From the IMG/VR virus record IMGVR_UViG_3300014024_000065: 54,562 nucleotides of DNA, one strand, 5' to 3'. A program made the translations under genes and the position numbers. Under the pieces are notes generated by a model that saw only the letters and a list, made by a program, of their open reading frames with translations, ran no database searches and had not been told where the DNA came from. Below, in pieces: positions 6,133 through 13,964 of this stretch. The DNA is from a virus. Within the stretch, counting starts at the first letter, position 1, and the number at the start of each line of letters is the position of its first letter.

Positions 6133-6417
6133 ATGAATGACTTAATGAATCAATTATTAGACCAGTTTGAAGCTGGATTGATGGATAGAACGCTTAAGGT
6201 CATGACGATTGTGACTGATGAAACAAGGCGTTTCCCGATGGAGCTGAATAAGTCACAATGCTCAGAAATGCTTCTGGGCACGAGAGATACGGGGACATTT
6301 GACGAGCGGTTCAATAGCCGCAAAGACTTTCCAAGAATCAAAGGAAAGCGCGAGAAATACCCACGGGATGCAGTCATTGAGTGGTATCACGAAAATTGGC
6401 AAAAAACAGCTATTTAA
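6133..6417 (+). CDS. Hypothetical early protein, possibly excisionase-like DNA-binding
   Basis: 94 aa. The C-terminal KYPRDAVIEWYHENW resembles MerR/excisionase-type helices. The functional assignment is weak. Confidence 0.6.
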   Translation: MNDLMNQLLDQFEAGLMDRTLKVMTIVTDETRRFPMELNKSQCSEMLLGTRDTGTFDERFNSRKDFPRIKGKREKYPRDAVIEWYHENWQKTAI

Positions 6418-6466
6418 AAATCACTAGCCACTAGCAAAAGGCATCTATACAGAAAGGATTTAATCA

Positions 6467-6685
6467 ATGAGGTTGATTGACAAAATTAAAAATTACTTTT
6501 TCACAGAAGAGCCAGAGGTTCTCACTCTGCCGGATGAAGCCGAGCGCTGGCGATCGTTAGCGATTGAGTTGAACGACGATTTGATAGAGACTCGAAAGGC
6601 GTACAGGCACCTTTTTGATGAATGGCAACGTCAAGGAAAATTGCTAAAACTCTACCAAGAACTATTGGCTGCAAAGGAGAAATAA
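6467..6685 (+). CDS. Hypothetical early protein (72 aa)
   Basis: ORF with an AAAGGA RBS, tightly packed against the neighbouring genes. Confidence 0.6.
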   Translation: MRLIDKIKNYFFTEEPEVLTLPDEAERWRSLAIELNDDLIETRKAYRHLFDEWQRQGKLLKLYQELLAAKEK

Positions 6686-6686
6686 T

Positions 6687-6956
6687 ATGTTTAAAGCACA
6701 ACGAAAACTTGACCAAGTAAAACAACTGCAGAGAGAAATGCACGATTTCAGCCTTGCTTTTTTGCTCGGACAGGAAATAGGCCTTTTCCCAGAAAACGAA
6801 ACGGCCAAAGCGAAAGCTCAGGCGATGCATGACGCAAGCCATCTTTTGGATGATGTCCTAAAAGGCAAATCAGTTGACGAAGCAACAGCTCGCTTGAAAA
6901 AGACTATGGTCAAAGAGGTAGAAGAAGCGAAGGAAGAGGTAAAAGAAGATGACTAG
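6687..6956 (+). CDS. Hypothetical early protein (89 aa)
   Basis: Starts 1 nt after the preceding stop. RBS AAGGAGA. Confidence 0.6.
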   Translation: MFKAQRKLDQVKQLQREMHDFSLAFLLGQEIGLFPENETAKAKAQAMHDASHLLDDVLKGKSVDEATARLKKTMVKEVEEAKEEVKEDD

Positions 6957-7092
6957 AGTTGAGCTTGAAAATCGTGTGTGGTTGTTGGCCAACCATGAAG
7001 AAAAAAACGAATTATTGGATCTTGGGCTAGAATCCAAGGCTAGATATGTGAAGCGAGTCCTTGAGCTCGGAAAGGTGTACGCTCATGTTTAA
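6949..7092 (+). CDS. Small hypothetical protein (47 aa)
   Basis: MTRVELENRVWLLANHEEKNELLDLGLESKARYVKRVLELGKVYAHV. Overlapping start and stop codons chain it to its neighbours. Confidence 0.45.
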   Translation: MTRVELENRVWLLANHEEKNELLDLGLESKARYVKRVLELGKVYAHV

Positions 7093-7204
7093 TTACGACA
7101 GGATAGAAGCGCTGCAGCCACCGATTGAAAAACCAGAACGCCCTGATCCTGACAATTGGGTCTGGAACGGGAGCGAAGAGGTCTATGTAGGTGATGATGT
7201 ATGA
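7085..7204 (+). CDS. Small hypothetical protein (39 aa)
   Basis: MFNYDRIEALQPPIEKPERPDPDNWVWNGSEEVYVGDDV. Shares an ATGA overlap with the next ORF. Confidence 0.4.
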   Translation: MFNYDRIEALQPPIEKPERPDPDNWVWNGSEEVYVGDDV

Positions 7205-7380
7205 TTGAGGAATTACAAGCAGAAATCGCCGAATGGCGCAGAGCTTACGCTCATTTAGGCGAGGAGTTTGGCCAGATTATCGACAAGCAGCAGGATACAA
7301 TCCTAGCGCTACGACGTAAAAACAAGCGCCTGAAGCGCGAAAATTGGAATCTGAAGAAGACGAAAGGAAGAAGAAAATGA
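7201..7380 (+). CDS. Small hypothetical coiled-coil protein (59 aa)
   Basis: MIEELQAEIAEWRRAYAHLGEEFGQIIDKQQDTILALRRKNKRLKRENWNLKKTKGRRK. Shares an ATGA overlap with the next ORF. Confidence 0.5.
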   Translation: MIEELQAEIAEWRRAYAHLGEEFGQIIDKQQDTILALRRKNKRLKRENWNLKKTKGRRK

Positions 7381-7607
7381 CACAGATAGCCAGCAAAGGG
7401 AAGTCATTTATAAGAGCGGAAGTCTCTGAAAAACAGAAAGAATATATCGGACTTCTTGCTAAATTAAGAGGTGTGACAACGCAAGAACTTTTAGGTCAAG
7501 TTATAGAACGCTTCATTGACCGGAATTTGCAACTTATTCAAGATTACAATAATGAATTGGATAACTTAAACAGTAAGTCTAGCCGCAGAATTGCCATGAA
7601 TACATAG
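7377..7607 (+). CDS. Hypothetical protein (76 aa), possibly ribbon-helix-helix-like
   Basis: Start taken at the internal ATG (MTQIASKGKSF), which overlaps the upstream stop codon. Confidence 0.55.
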   Translation: MTQIASKGKSFIRAEVSEKQKEYIGLLAKLRGVTTQELLGQVIERFIDRNLQLIQDYNNELDNLNSKSSRRIAMNT

Positions 7608-7620
7608 GAGAAAAACAAAA

Positions 7621-8547
7621 ATGACGAATGAAATCGCTAAATTTGACACGCTAACACCACAACAAGCATTCAAAAGCCCGGCAGCACTAGAAAGGTTTAA
7701 GTCAGTATTAGACGGGAGTGAATCACAATTTGTCGCAAGTCTGCTATCGATTATAAACAACAATAGTTATTTGGCTCAGGCCACAAATACAAGCATTATG
7801 AACGCAGCTATGAAAGCAGCAACTTTGAAACTGCCGATTGAGCCAAGTCTTGGAATGGCGTATGTAGTGCCCTATAACCGAAGCGAGAAACGCGGAAATA
7901 CTTGGGTAAAAATAAATGAAGCTCAATTCCAGATGGGTTATAAAGGCTTCATTCAATTGGCACAACGGAGTGGGCAAATCAGGAATATAAACTGTGATGT
8001 CGTCTACAAAGAAGAATTTTTGCGGTACGACAAAGTTTACGGCACATTACATCTAACAGATGAGCAGGTTGATAGCGGAGAGGTTGAAGGATATTTTGCA
8101 AGCTTGGAATTGATCAATGGATTCCGAAAAATGATTTTCTGGAAAAAAGAAAAGGTCATAGCACATGCTCAAAAATATTCCAAAACTTACGACAAGACAA
8201 CTGGTGATTTTAAACCAGGGACACCTTGGAAAACTGAATTTGACGCCATGGCTCAAAAAACGCTCATAAAAGAGCTTTTGAGCAAGTATGCGCCGCTTTC
8301 AATCGAATTACAAAAGGCTATTCTAGCCGACAACGAGGATTCAAATGTAAATGAAGTGAAGAGAGCAAAGGACATCACACCTCAAGAACCAGAAAATCTC
8401 TCTGATTTACTGAGTGCTCCAGAGGAAGAACAAGCTAAAGATGTTACGCCTCTTGAAGATGATGTTCAAAATTCAGCTGCAGATAACGTTCCAGATTTCG
8501 ATGAAGAAACTGGCCAAATGGACATGCTAGAAGGGGAGGATTTCTAG
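7621..8547 (+). CDS. recT: RecT-family single-strand annealing recombinase
   Basis: 308 aa with the RecT-like core MGYKGFIQLAQRSGQIRNI and an acidic C-terminal tail. Confidence 0.8.
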   Translation: MTNEIAKFDTLTPQQAFKSPAALERFKSVLDGSESQFVASLLSIINNNSYLAQATNTSIMNAAMKAATLKLPIEPSLGMAYVVPYNRSEKRGNTWVKINEAQFQMGYKGFIQLAQRSGQIRNINCDVVYKEEFLRYDKVYGTLHLTDEQVDSGEVEGYFASLELINGFRKMIFWKKEKVIAHAQKYSKTYDKTTGDFKPGTPWKTEFDAMAQKTLIKELLSKYAPLSIELQKAILADNEDSNVNEVKRAKDITPQEPENLSDLLSAPEEEQAKDVTPLEDDVQNSAADNVPDFDEETGQMDMLEGEDF

Positions 8548-8548
8548 A

Positions 8549-9745
8549 ATGACTGAAGAATTAAAAGATGTGACAGATAGCCTAGAACTCGTTCCAGTAA
8601 CGGATTTAGAAGTCGGCTTTATCCTAAAAGCTGCTGAAATTGAAATCCAAGGCAAGGAAGTTTTAGAGCAAGCTTTAGCAGCTTACCAAAAGAAATATGC
8701 TGGATACGTCGTAACAGAAGAAACTTTGTCGGATGACACCAAGGTTAAAGACGAGTTGGGACGAGTGCAACGCCAGATTGAACAAGAGCTTAAAAGCCAG
8801 CTCTCAGAATACTCTAAACCTCTTGACGAAGTTAAGGTGTGGGTAGAGAGTATATTAGACCCTATCAAAACTTTGCAGGATGACATTAAAAATCAGATTA
8901 AAGAGTTTGAAGAGAGAGCGACGGAAGCCCGTAAAGAAACGGTCAAAGAAGCCTTTGAAGCAGCAATCGCAGAAAGCGGAGCCGATCTTGATATCAAGCT
9001 GTTCGCCATCTACTTTGATGATCTCAGCAAGAAAAAGTGTTTTATGGCTGATAATGTGCGCATCAATCAAGCAACCTCTAAAACGATTGTCGACTTGGTA
9101 GCAGAAGAAGCTACAAAAAAGCAACAACGTGAAGCTGGACTTATCCAGATTACAGAAGCAGCTGCAAAGGCTGGTTTTGGTCCTGCTGTCTACATCCGCA
9201 GATATGATGAAGGAGCAAAATTGGCTGATATCTTGCAAGCAATTCTTGATGATAAAGAGCTGGCAGATCGCGCTAAAGCGGAAGCGAAGCTGAAACAGCG
9301 CATCGAAGAAATGACGGCTATCGCAGAAGCCAAAGGCTTGAATCCTGAAAAATATGTTGATTTGCTCAATGAAGGTCGCTCTGCTCTGGATGTTATCAAT
9401 ATCCTGCACGCAGATGCAGACGAGCTTAGACAGGCACAAGCAGAAGCGGAACGAAACACTCAGAATCAATCCTACGCCCAAAATCAGCCCGAATTTAAGC
9501 CTGAAACAGTTCCGGAAGGGAATTACACCCCAGAACAAGAAACTGGCCAGAAATCGCAAAATACGGCTTCTGGTGATGTGGATAAAAAATTTGGCTATCG
9601 CTATCAAAATATGGAAATTATTTTCCCTGAAAAAAACATGCGTCAAGTCAAAGAACAATTTAAGACTATTTCTCAAGAATTAGGAATTATTGTCCGGATA
9701 ATGCCTGGAGCGGAAAGTAAGGCTGAAAAGGTGGAAATGAAATGA
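8549..9745 (+). CDS. Hypothetical protein commonly adjacent to phage RecT (DUF1351-like)
   Basis: 398 aa, coiled-coil and acidic, translationally coupled to recT. Confidence 0.6.
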   Translation: MTEELKDVTDSLELVPVTDLEVGFILKAAEIEIQGKEVLEQALAAYQKKYAGYVVTEETLSDDTKVKDELGRVQRQIEQELKSQLSEYSKPLDEVKVWVESILDPIKTLQDDIKNQIKEFEERATEARKETVKEAFEAAIAESGADLDIKLFAIYFDDLSKKKCFMADNVRINQATSKTIVDLVAEEATKKQQREAGLIQITEAAAKAGFGPAVYIRRYDEGAKLADILQAILDDKELADRAKAEAKLKQRIEEMTAIAEAKGLNPEKYVDLLNEGRSALDVINILHADADELRQAQAEAERNTQNQSYAQNQPEFKPETVPEGNYTPEQETGQKSQNTASGDVDKKFGYRYQNMEIIFPEKNMRQVKEQFKTISQELGIIVRIMPGAESKAEKVEMK

Positions 9746-10554
9746 CAATGGATTTACTTGGTAAAGATTACTATTCAGCAGCTTCTGCCCGTCGCTACTG
9801 GTCTATCTCGCAATATAAGCGATTTAGAGAGTGCGAAGCACGGGCGTTAGCTGAGCTAGAAGGAGAATGGGAAGATCAAAGAGACAACACGGCTCTCTTG
9901 GTCGGGAACATGGTCCACAGCTACTTTGAAAGTCCGGAAGCACATAAGAAATTCATGGATGAAAATGCAGATGCCATGATTTCAAAAGTCGGAAAGACCA
10001 AAGGTCAGTTAAAATCAGACTTTCTGGTTGGCCAGCGCATGATCGAGCGACTGGAAGCTGACAAGGATTTTATGGATTACTATGTCGGCCAGAAAGAGGT
10101 CGCTGTCACAGGTGAAATCGAGGGTGTGGAATTTAAAGGCAAGATTGACTGCCTTAATGTCGAAAAAGGGTATTTTGTGGACATCAAGACTACAAAATCA
10201 GACATTGACAGCATGGTCTGGGTTCAAGATGAAGCAAGCGGACGAAATATTCAGGTTCGCTGGTTTGAGGCTTGGGGCTACGTCTTGCAGATGGCAGCGT
10301 ATAAGAAAATGCTGGAAGATCAGTACGGTAAAGAGTTCACGCCGGTTATTTACGCAGTGACGAAAGAGCAGACTCCTGACACCAGAGCCCTTGTCTTTGA
10401 AACCCAAGAGAAACTTGGCTATGAGCTGACTGAGCTATCTATGCTCATCCAGCGTTTGGATAAGGTCAAGCGAGGTGAAGAGAAAGCGAAGCCGTGCGGT
10501 CATTGCGAATACTGCAAAACGAAAGCGTTGAGCCAGCGTGTGGAGGTGATTTGA
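9742..10554 (+). CDS. PD-(D/E)XK (RecB/Cas4-like) exonuclease
   Basis: Motifs GKIDCL, VDIKTTK and QMAAYKKM. One N-terminal Cys plus a C-terminal CGHCEYC suggest a Cas4-type Fe-S cluster. Confidence 0.75.
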   Translation: MTMDLLGKDYYSAASARRYWSISQYKRFRECEARALAELEGEWEDQRDNTALLVGNMVHSYFESPEAHKKFMDENADAMISKVGKTKGQLKSDFLVGQRMIERLEADKDFMDYYVGQKEVAVTGEIEGVEFKGKIDCLNVEKGYFVDIKTTKSDIDSMVWVQDEASGRNIQVRWFEAWGYVLQMAAYKKMLEDQYGKEFTPVIYAVTKEQTPDTRALVFETQEKLGYELTELSMLIQRLDKVKRGEEKAKPCGHCEYCKTKALSQRVEVI

Positions 10555-11080
10555 TGAGTAAGCAAGTGAAAGACATACTAGAAACTCACAACACAGGTTG
10601 TCCTCATGGCATCACATTTGCAATACATCAAGATAAAGATGAGTGTATTGCTTTGTTTGGTCGTTCTGGTTGGCCTGGTCTAAAACCTCAATTTATTTGT
10701 TGGAATGAAAGCGTGGAAATTTTACCACAACTTACGAAGATAAGGATATGAAATCCTGGCGCAATCAATGTCAGTTACTAATTGCTAATCAGTGCATGGG
10801 GCAGCCCGTCCTTGAGGGAGCGCTGAAGGAGAGGGTGAGATTTTACATCAAGCCCCCTCAGTACATTTCTAAGGTCAAAAGGAATCAGCAAGCGCTCCTG
10901 GATGAGATTATTCCAGTAGGAAAGAAGCCTGACATTGACAACTACGAGAAAGCTTTATATGACAGCATGAGCGGAATTGTCTTTCAGGATGATGGTCAGA
11001 TTGCCTTGCATGATGTAGGCAAGTTTTACAGCCTTAATCCACGTATTGAGGTAGAAATAGAGGTTATGGAATGGAACTAA
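10554..11080 (+). pseudogene. rusA: RusA-type Holliday junction resolvase, split by an apparent 1-nt frameshift
   Basis: ORF 10748..11080 carries the RusA core KPDIDNYEKALYDSMSGIVFQDDGQI, and its frame stays open back to 10709 (KRGNFTTTYEDKD). The N-terminal part (..GWPGLKPQFICWNE) lies in the frame of 10554..10751. The junction is at the run AAA 10708..10710. Confidence 0.6.
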
Positions 11081-11385
11081 TTAAAGACAGTGTAAAGTTT
11101 GCCGCTAGCTTGCTAATTGTGATGGCTGCCTGGATTGGATATGGCTATCTGATGTACCAATCAGGGTACAACCAAGCTAAAAGCGAGGTTCAGCCTATCA
11201 TCATTCACAAGGCAGACAATGCTGGTGCAGAAATGCACGGCAGAATCACAGACAAAGAAGTCATAGACGGTCGCTATACTGTGACCGCTGGGCCGTACGG
11301 CAAATTCCTCGTGACCAAGGAGCAGTACGAGAGTTTAAATGTAGGGGATGAAATCCCTGATTATTTGAGAGGAGCAGGAAGATGA
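11071..11385 (+). CDS. Hypothetical membrane protein (104 aa)
   Basis: N-terminal TM segment FAASLLIVMAAWIGYGYLMY. Confidence 0.65.
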   Translation: MELIKDSVKFAASLLIVMAAWIGYGYLMYQSGYNQAKSEVQPIIIHKADNAGAEMHGRITDKEVIDGRYTVTAGPYGKFLVTKEQYESLNVGDEIPDYLRGAGR

Positions 11386-12056
11386 ATAAAGAAGAAGTTA
11401 TTAATAAAATTAATGAAATGACGGTTGAAACGTTTTTTTCAAAAACTCTCTTTGTACAACAAAAGAAAGTCATCGAACTTATCGAACAACTTGACGAACC
11501 AGAGGCAGGTCACGCAGATGAAGCGCCGCGCTATGTTAAAAATATACTGGCACGATTGCGAGAATTACCATTACATGACAGAGAAGTTTGGTTGAAAGCA
11601 ATCATGGGTGAATTTGAGAAAGATTTCAGTCATGCAAAATGGCGAGAGGGCTATGAACAAGGCAAGTTTGAGGGAATGATTAAACGTGAGAAAGTCACAG
11701 TGCCGCAGTATATCGCTGAAAAAATTGAGTATTTCAAAAAAACTGGCGATTGGGATTTATTTCAAGCAATGGACGATTTATTTGAACATACGGTAACGTG
11801 CAAATGGCTTGAATTTAAAGACAACCAAGAAATATTCGCTCTAGCCTGGATTTTCGGCTACGAGGTCGAGAAAGAGAAGCGGTATACAGTGGTGATGAAA
11901 ACGACAAAACAACCGCTATACTATAACGTCTTGGATAAAAAACTATTTTTCTCGATGGGTGGACTAGCTACAAAATTCACCCGCAAAGAGCTGGAAGAAG
12001 CCGGCTTCGGCTGGGTGTTTGATTGTCCGGGGATTAAAGTCGAGGAGGTGGAATGA
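11382..12056 (+). CDS. Hypothetical phage protein (224 aa)
   Basis: ORF coupled to the preceding gene by an ATGA overlap. Confidence 0.65.
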   Translation: MNKEEVINKINEMTVETFFSKTLFVQQKKVIELIEQLDEPEAGHADEAPRYVKNILARLRELPLHDREVWLKAIMGEFEKDFSHAKWREGYEQGKFEGMIKREKVTVPQYIAEKIEYFKKTGDWDLFQAMDDLFEHTVTCKWLEFKDNQEIFALAWIFGYEVEKEKRYTVVMKTTKQPLYYNVLDKKLFFSMGGLATKFTRKELEEAGFGWVFDCPGIKVEEVE

Positions 12057-12208
12057 TGATTCCAAACGAACCTTTTATCAGAGAGCTTATCGAAGATGAA
12101 GATATCATTTTTAACAAAGATAGTGACTATCACAAGCAGAAGAAAAAAGAAAAGAAGAATCCTATATTCAAACGAAACAATTCAAAAAAGAGGTGGAAGA
12201 ATGAGTAA
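12053..12208 (+). CDS. Small basic hypothetical protein (51 aa)
   Basis: MMIPNEPFIRELIEDEDIIFNKDSDYHKQKKKEKKNPIFKRNNSKKRWKNE. Shares an ATGA overlap with the upstream gene. Confidence 0.4.
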   Translation: MMIPNEPFIRELIEDEDIIFNKDSDYHKQKKKEKKNPIFKRNNSKKRWKNE

Positions 12209-12428
12209 ATTTGAAATCTCCCTGTCTAAAGACGACCTTGAATATATCGCTAACGGTTATGAAATCAAAATCAAAATCGACGGTAAAAGATTTTTGGGAA
12301 CAAATGAAATCATTTTGAAGCCTGCATTGACAAATGATGTTATGGCTCCGATATTGAATTATAGAAATAAAATAATTGATACTGAAGTGCAAAATATTGC
12401 TAATAATTTTAGAGGAGGTGCAAGATGA
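12201..12428 (+). CDS. Hypothetical protein (75 aa)
   Basis: Internal ATG (MSKFEISLSKDD) preceded by an AAGAGGTGGAAG RBS. The longer track ORF begins in a poly-A/K stretch. Confidence 0.6.
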   Translation: MSKFEISLSKDDLEYIANGYEIKIKIDGKRFLGTNEIILKPALTNDVMAPILNYRNKIIDTEVQNIANNFRGGAR

Positions 12429-12817
12429 CAAATCTTTGGGAGGAGACCTTAGAGGTTTTAAGGGACCACGGCAAAACGTTTGAGGGGGTCAGGTATATTC
12501 AAGGCTCAGACTTTAAAATCACTAAAGAAAATTTTGAGAGACTTGCCAAACAAGCTAATTATCATAGCGGATACGGTGCCGCTCACGTTCCTACTGATTT
12601 AGTCATTGTTGGCAAAGGTTGGTGGTTAGAGCGAGGAGAATATGATGGTTCTGAATGGTGGGATTTTAAAGAAACGCCTAAACAAATCAATGAAACCAGA
12701 GACATTTCTTGTCTTGTAGGTGGAATGTGGCCGAGACTTAAAGAGTTGAATACCATCGATCCGATGCAAGAAAGGCTTGAAGAAATAAGAAAAGAGAGGG
12801 AATCTAATGAAACCTAG
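12425..12817 (+). CDS. Hypothetical phage protein (130 aa)
   Basis: ORF with an AGGAGGTG RBS and an ATGA overlap. Confidence 0.65.
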   Translation: MTNLWEETLEVLRDHGKTFEGVRYIQGSDFKITKENFERLAKQANYHSGYGAAHVPTDLVIVGKGWWLERGEYDGSEWWDFKETPKQINETRDISCLVGGMWPRLKELNTIDPMQERLEEIRKERESNET

Positions 12818-13052
12818 AAAATATCCGTACTCAGGAAGACCTAAGCTGATTAGACAGGCTTTGCCAAGATTCGTTCTATTAGGCGATATTGCTTTCAATA
12901 GCGATTTGGTGAAATGCATTGATACAATGAGGCAAGGGACACCAAATCAAACAATCATTTATTTTAAAATCCCTAAATTCCTTTCGCACGAAGAGAAGAT
13001 TGTGCGGGTGCCTTTAGAAATCTCTGAGGTGGTCAAGATTTTAAACCGATAA
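12807..13052 (+). CDS. Hypothetical protein (81 aa) with N-terminal MKPRKYPYSGR motif
   Basis: ORF overlaps the upstream gene by 11 nt. Confidence 0.55.
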   Translation: MKPRKYPYSGRPKLIRQALPRFVLLGDIAFNSDLVKCIDTMRQGTPNQTIIYFKIPKFLSHEEKIVRVPLEISEVVKILNR

Positions 13053-13130
13053 AAAACAAAAAAGCCAAGACACTCTCTGCCTCAGCTAAAATCACAATAA
13101 GATTATTATATCATAAAAAGGAGACAGAGA

Positions 13131-13535
13131 GTGAGGGCTAAAGAGCTTTTAAACGAATTGCAAAATCTTGATATGGATATTCAGAGCAGGATTGATGAAA
13201 TCAATGAGCTTGAGGCAGGCTTGCTCTCAAGCCCCAAGTGGACTGATGTAAAAGTCCAAGGTGGCCAGACAAGAAAAGTTGATGATGTCTACACCCAGCT
13301 CATCGTGATGAAAGAAGCGATTGAGCAGGACACTAAGGAAGTTATTAACAGGAAACTTGAACTTGGTAGGCTGATTAACAAGCTTAAAAGTCCGAAAAGT
13401 AGGTCTATTCTTAGGATGACTTACATTACCAAGATGTATGTTGATGATATTTGTGATAAGCTAGCTATCAGCAAAAGCTCTTATTACAACATGCGCAGAA
13501 ATGCCGTGGATGAATTAGAGCACATCTTGGAATAA
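13131..13535 (+). CDS. ArpU-family (sigma region-4-like) late transcriptional regulator
   Basis: 134 aa. The C-terminal HTH DICDKLAISKSSYYNMRRNAVDELEHIL and the position immediately upstream of the terminase genes both fit this family. GTG start with a GGAGACAGAG RBS. Confidence 0.7.
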   Translation: MRAKELLNELQNLDMDIQSRIDEINELEAGLLSSPKWTDVKVQGGQTRKVDDVYTQLIVMKEAIEQDTKEVINRKLELGRLINKLKSPKSRSILRMTYITKMYVDDICDKLAISKSSYYNMRRNAVDELEHILE

Positions 13536-13610
13536 TTTGGAATTTTTTGGAATATCTTGAGTTATCTTGAGAGTATCTTGAGAATATGTGCTAATCAAAA
13601 TAATCTTGAT
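13524..13610 (+). repeat. Phased direct repeats (TTGGAAT x3; TATCTTGAG x3 at 10-11-bp spacing; further ATCTTGA-like copies)
   Basis: TTGGAAT at 13527, 13537 and 13547. TATCTTGAG at 13553, 13563 and 13574. ATCTTGG at 13524 and ATCTTGA at 13603. Confidence 0.85.
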
Positions 13611-13629
13611 GTGCACTGTAACGATAATC

Positions 13630-13638
13630 TGTTAGAAT
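13630..13638 (+). promoter_or_regulatory. Extended -10 element TGtTAGAAT upstream of the tRNA-like modules
   Basis: TG at 13630..13631 and TAGAAT at 13633..13638. No good -35 is present, which would fit an activator-dependent late promoter. Confidence 0.4.
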
Positions 13639-13656
13639 GGTAGTATCAAGAATTGA

Positions 13657-13740
13657 AGAGAGGTCTCAGAATTGGTAGATGGTTACCTGTAATGTCAGGG
13701 GGCTGTAATGGCCTTGGAGGTTCGAGCCCTCCCCTCTCAT
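13657..13740 (+). ncRNA. tRNA-like module 1 (type-II/Leu-like architecture, aberrant anticodon arm)
   Basis: T arm GGAGG-TTCGAGC-CCTCC and acceptor GAGAGG/CCTCTC with a terminal A-A mismatch. D loop GAATTGGTAGA and variable arm GGC-TGTAATG-GCC. The anticodon region pairs only as CCTG/CAGG with a 6-nt loop TAATGT. Confidence 0.55.
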
Positions 13741-13745
13741 TTTTT

Positions 13746-13831
13746 GGAAACATAAGGTTTGACTTCTCCATCTCGTTGAAAGTCCTAGGTTTGAGATGGT
13801 TTGGTCGCAGGTTCAAATCCTGCTGTTTCTA
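13746..13831 (+). ncRNA. tRNA-like module 2 (canonical acceptor/T arm, 7-bp stem with 18-nt loop in place of the anticodon arm)
   Basis: Acceptor GGAAACA/TGTTTCT, then T8 A9, and T arm GCAGG-TTCAAAT-CCTGC. The central stem CCATCTC/GAGATGG encloses GTTGAAAGTCCTAGGTTT. Confidence 0.55.
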
Positions 13832-13964
13832 TTATGTCTCTGCGAATAGCTATCGCGATAGAGGTATAGGGCGGTAATTAGATTTAGGCTGATTAACCTG
13901 TAGGACAGAGATAAAGTAGCGCTATATAAGGCTCTGGTGGGGGAGGCACCCACTTACCGCATAC

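Noticed and set aside
8855-9676. 273-aa ORF antisense to the DUF1351-like gene
   Set aside because: It is a shadow ORF of a GAA/AAG-rich sense gene, with low-complexity F/L/S/C-rich translation and no RBS. The sense gene is translationally coupled to its neighbours.
13653-13877. 74-aa ORF (MKRGLRIGRWLPVMSGG...) in the ArpU-terS gap
   Set aside because: It has no RBS and an odd composition. It exactly overlies the two tRNA-like modules, so the open frame is best explained as an accident of structured RNA sequence.
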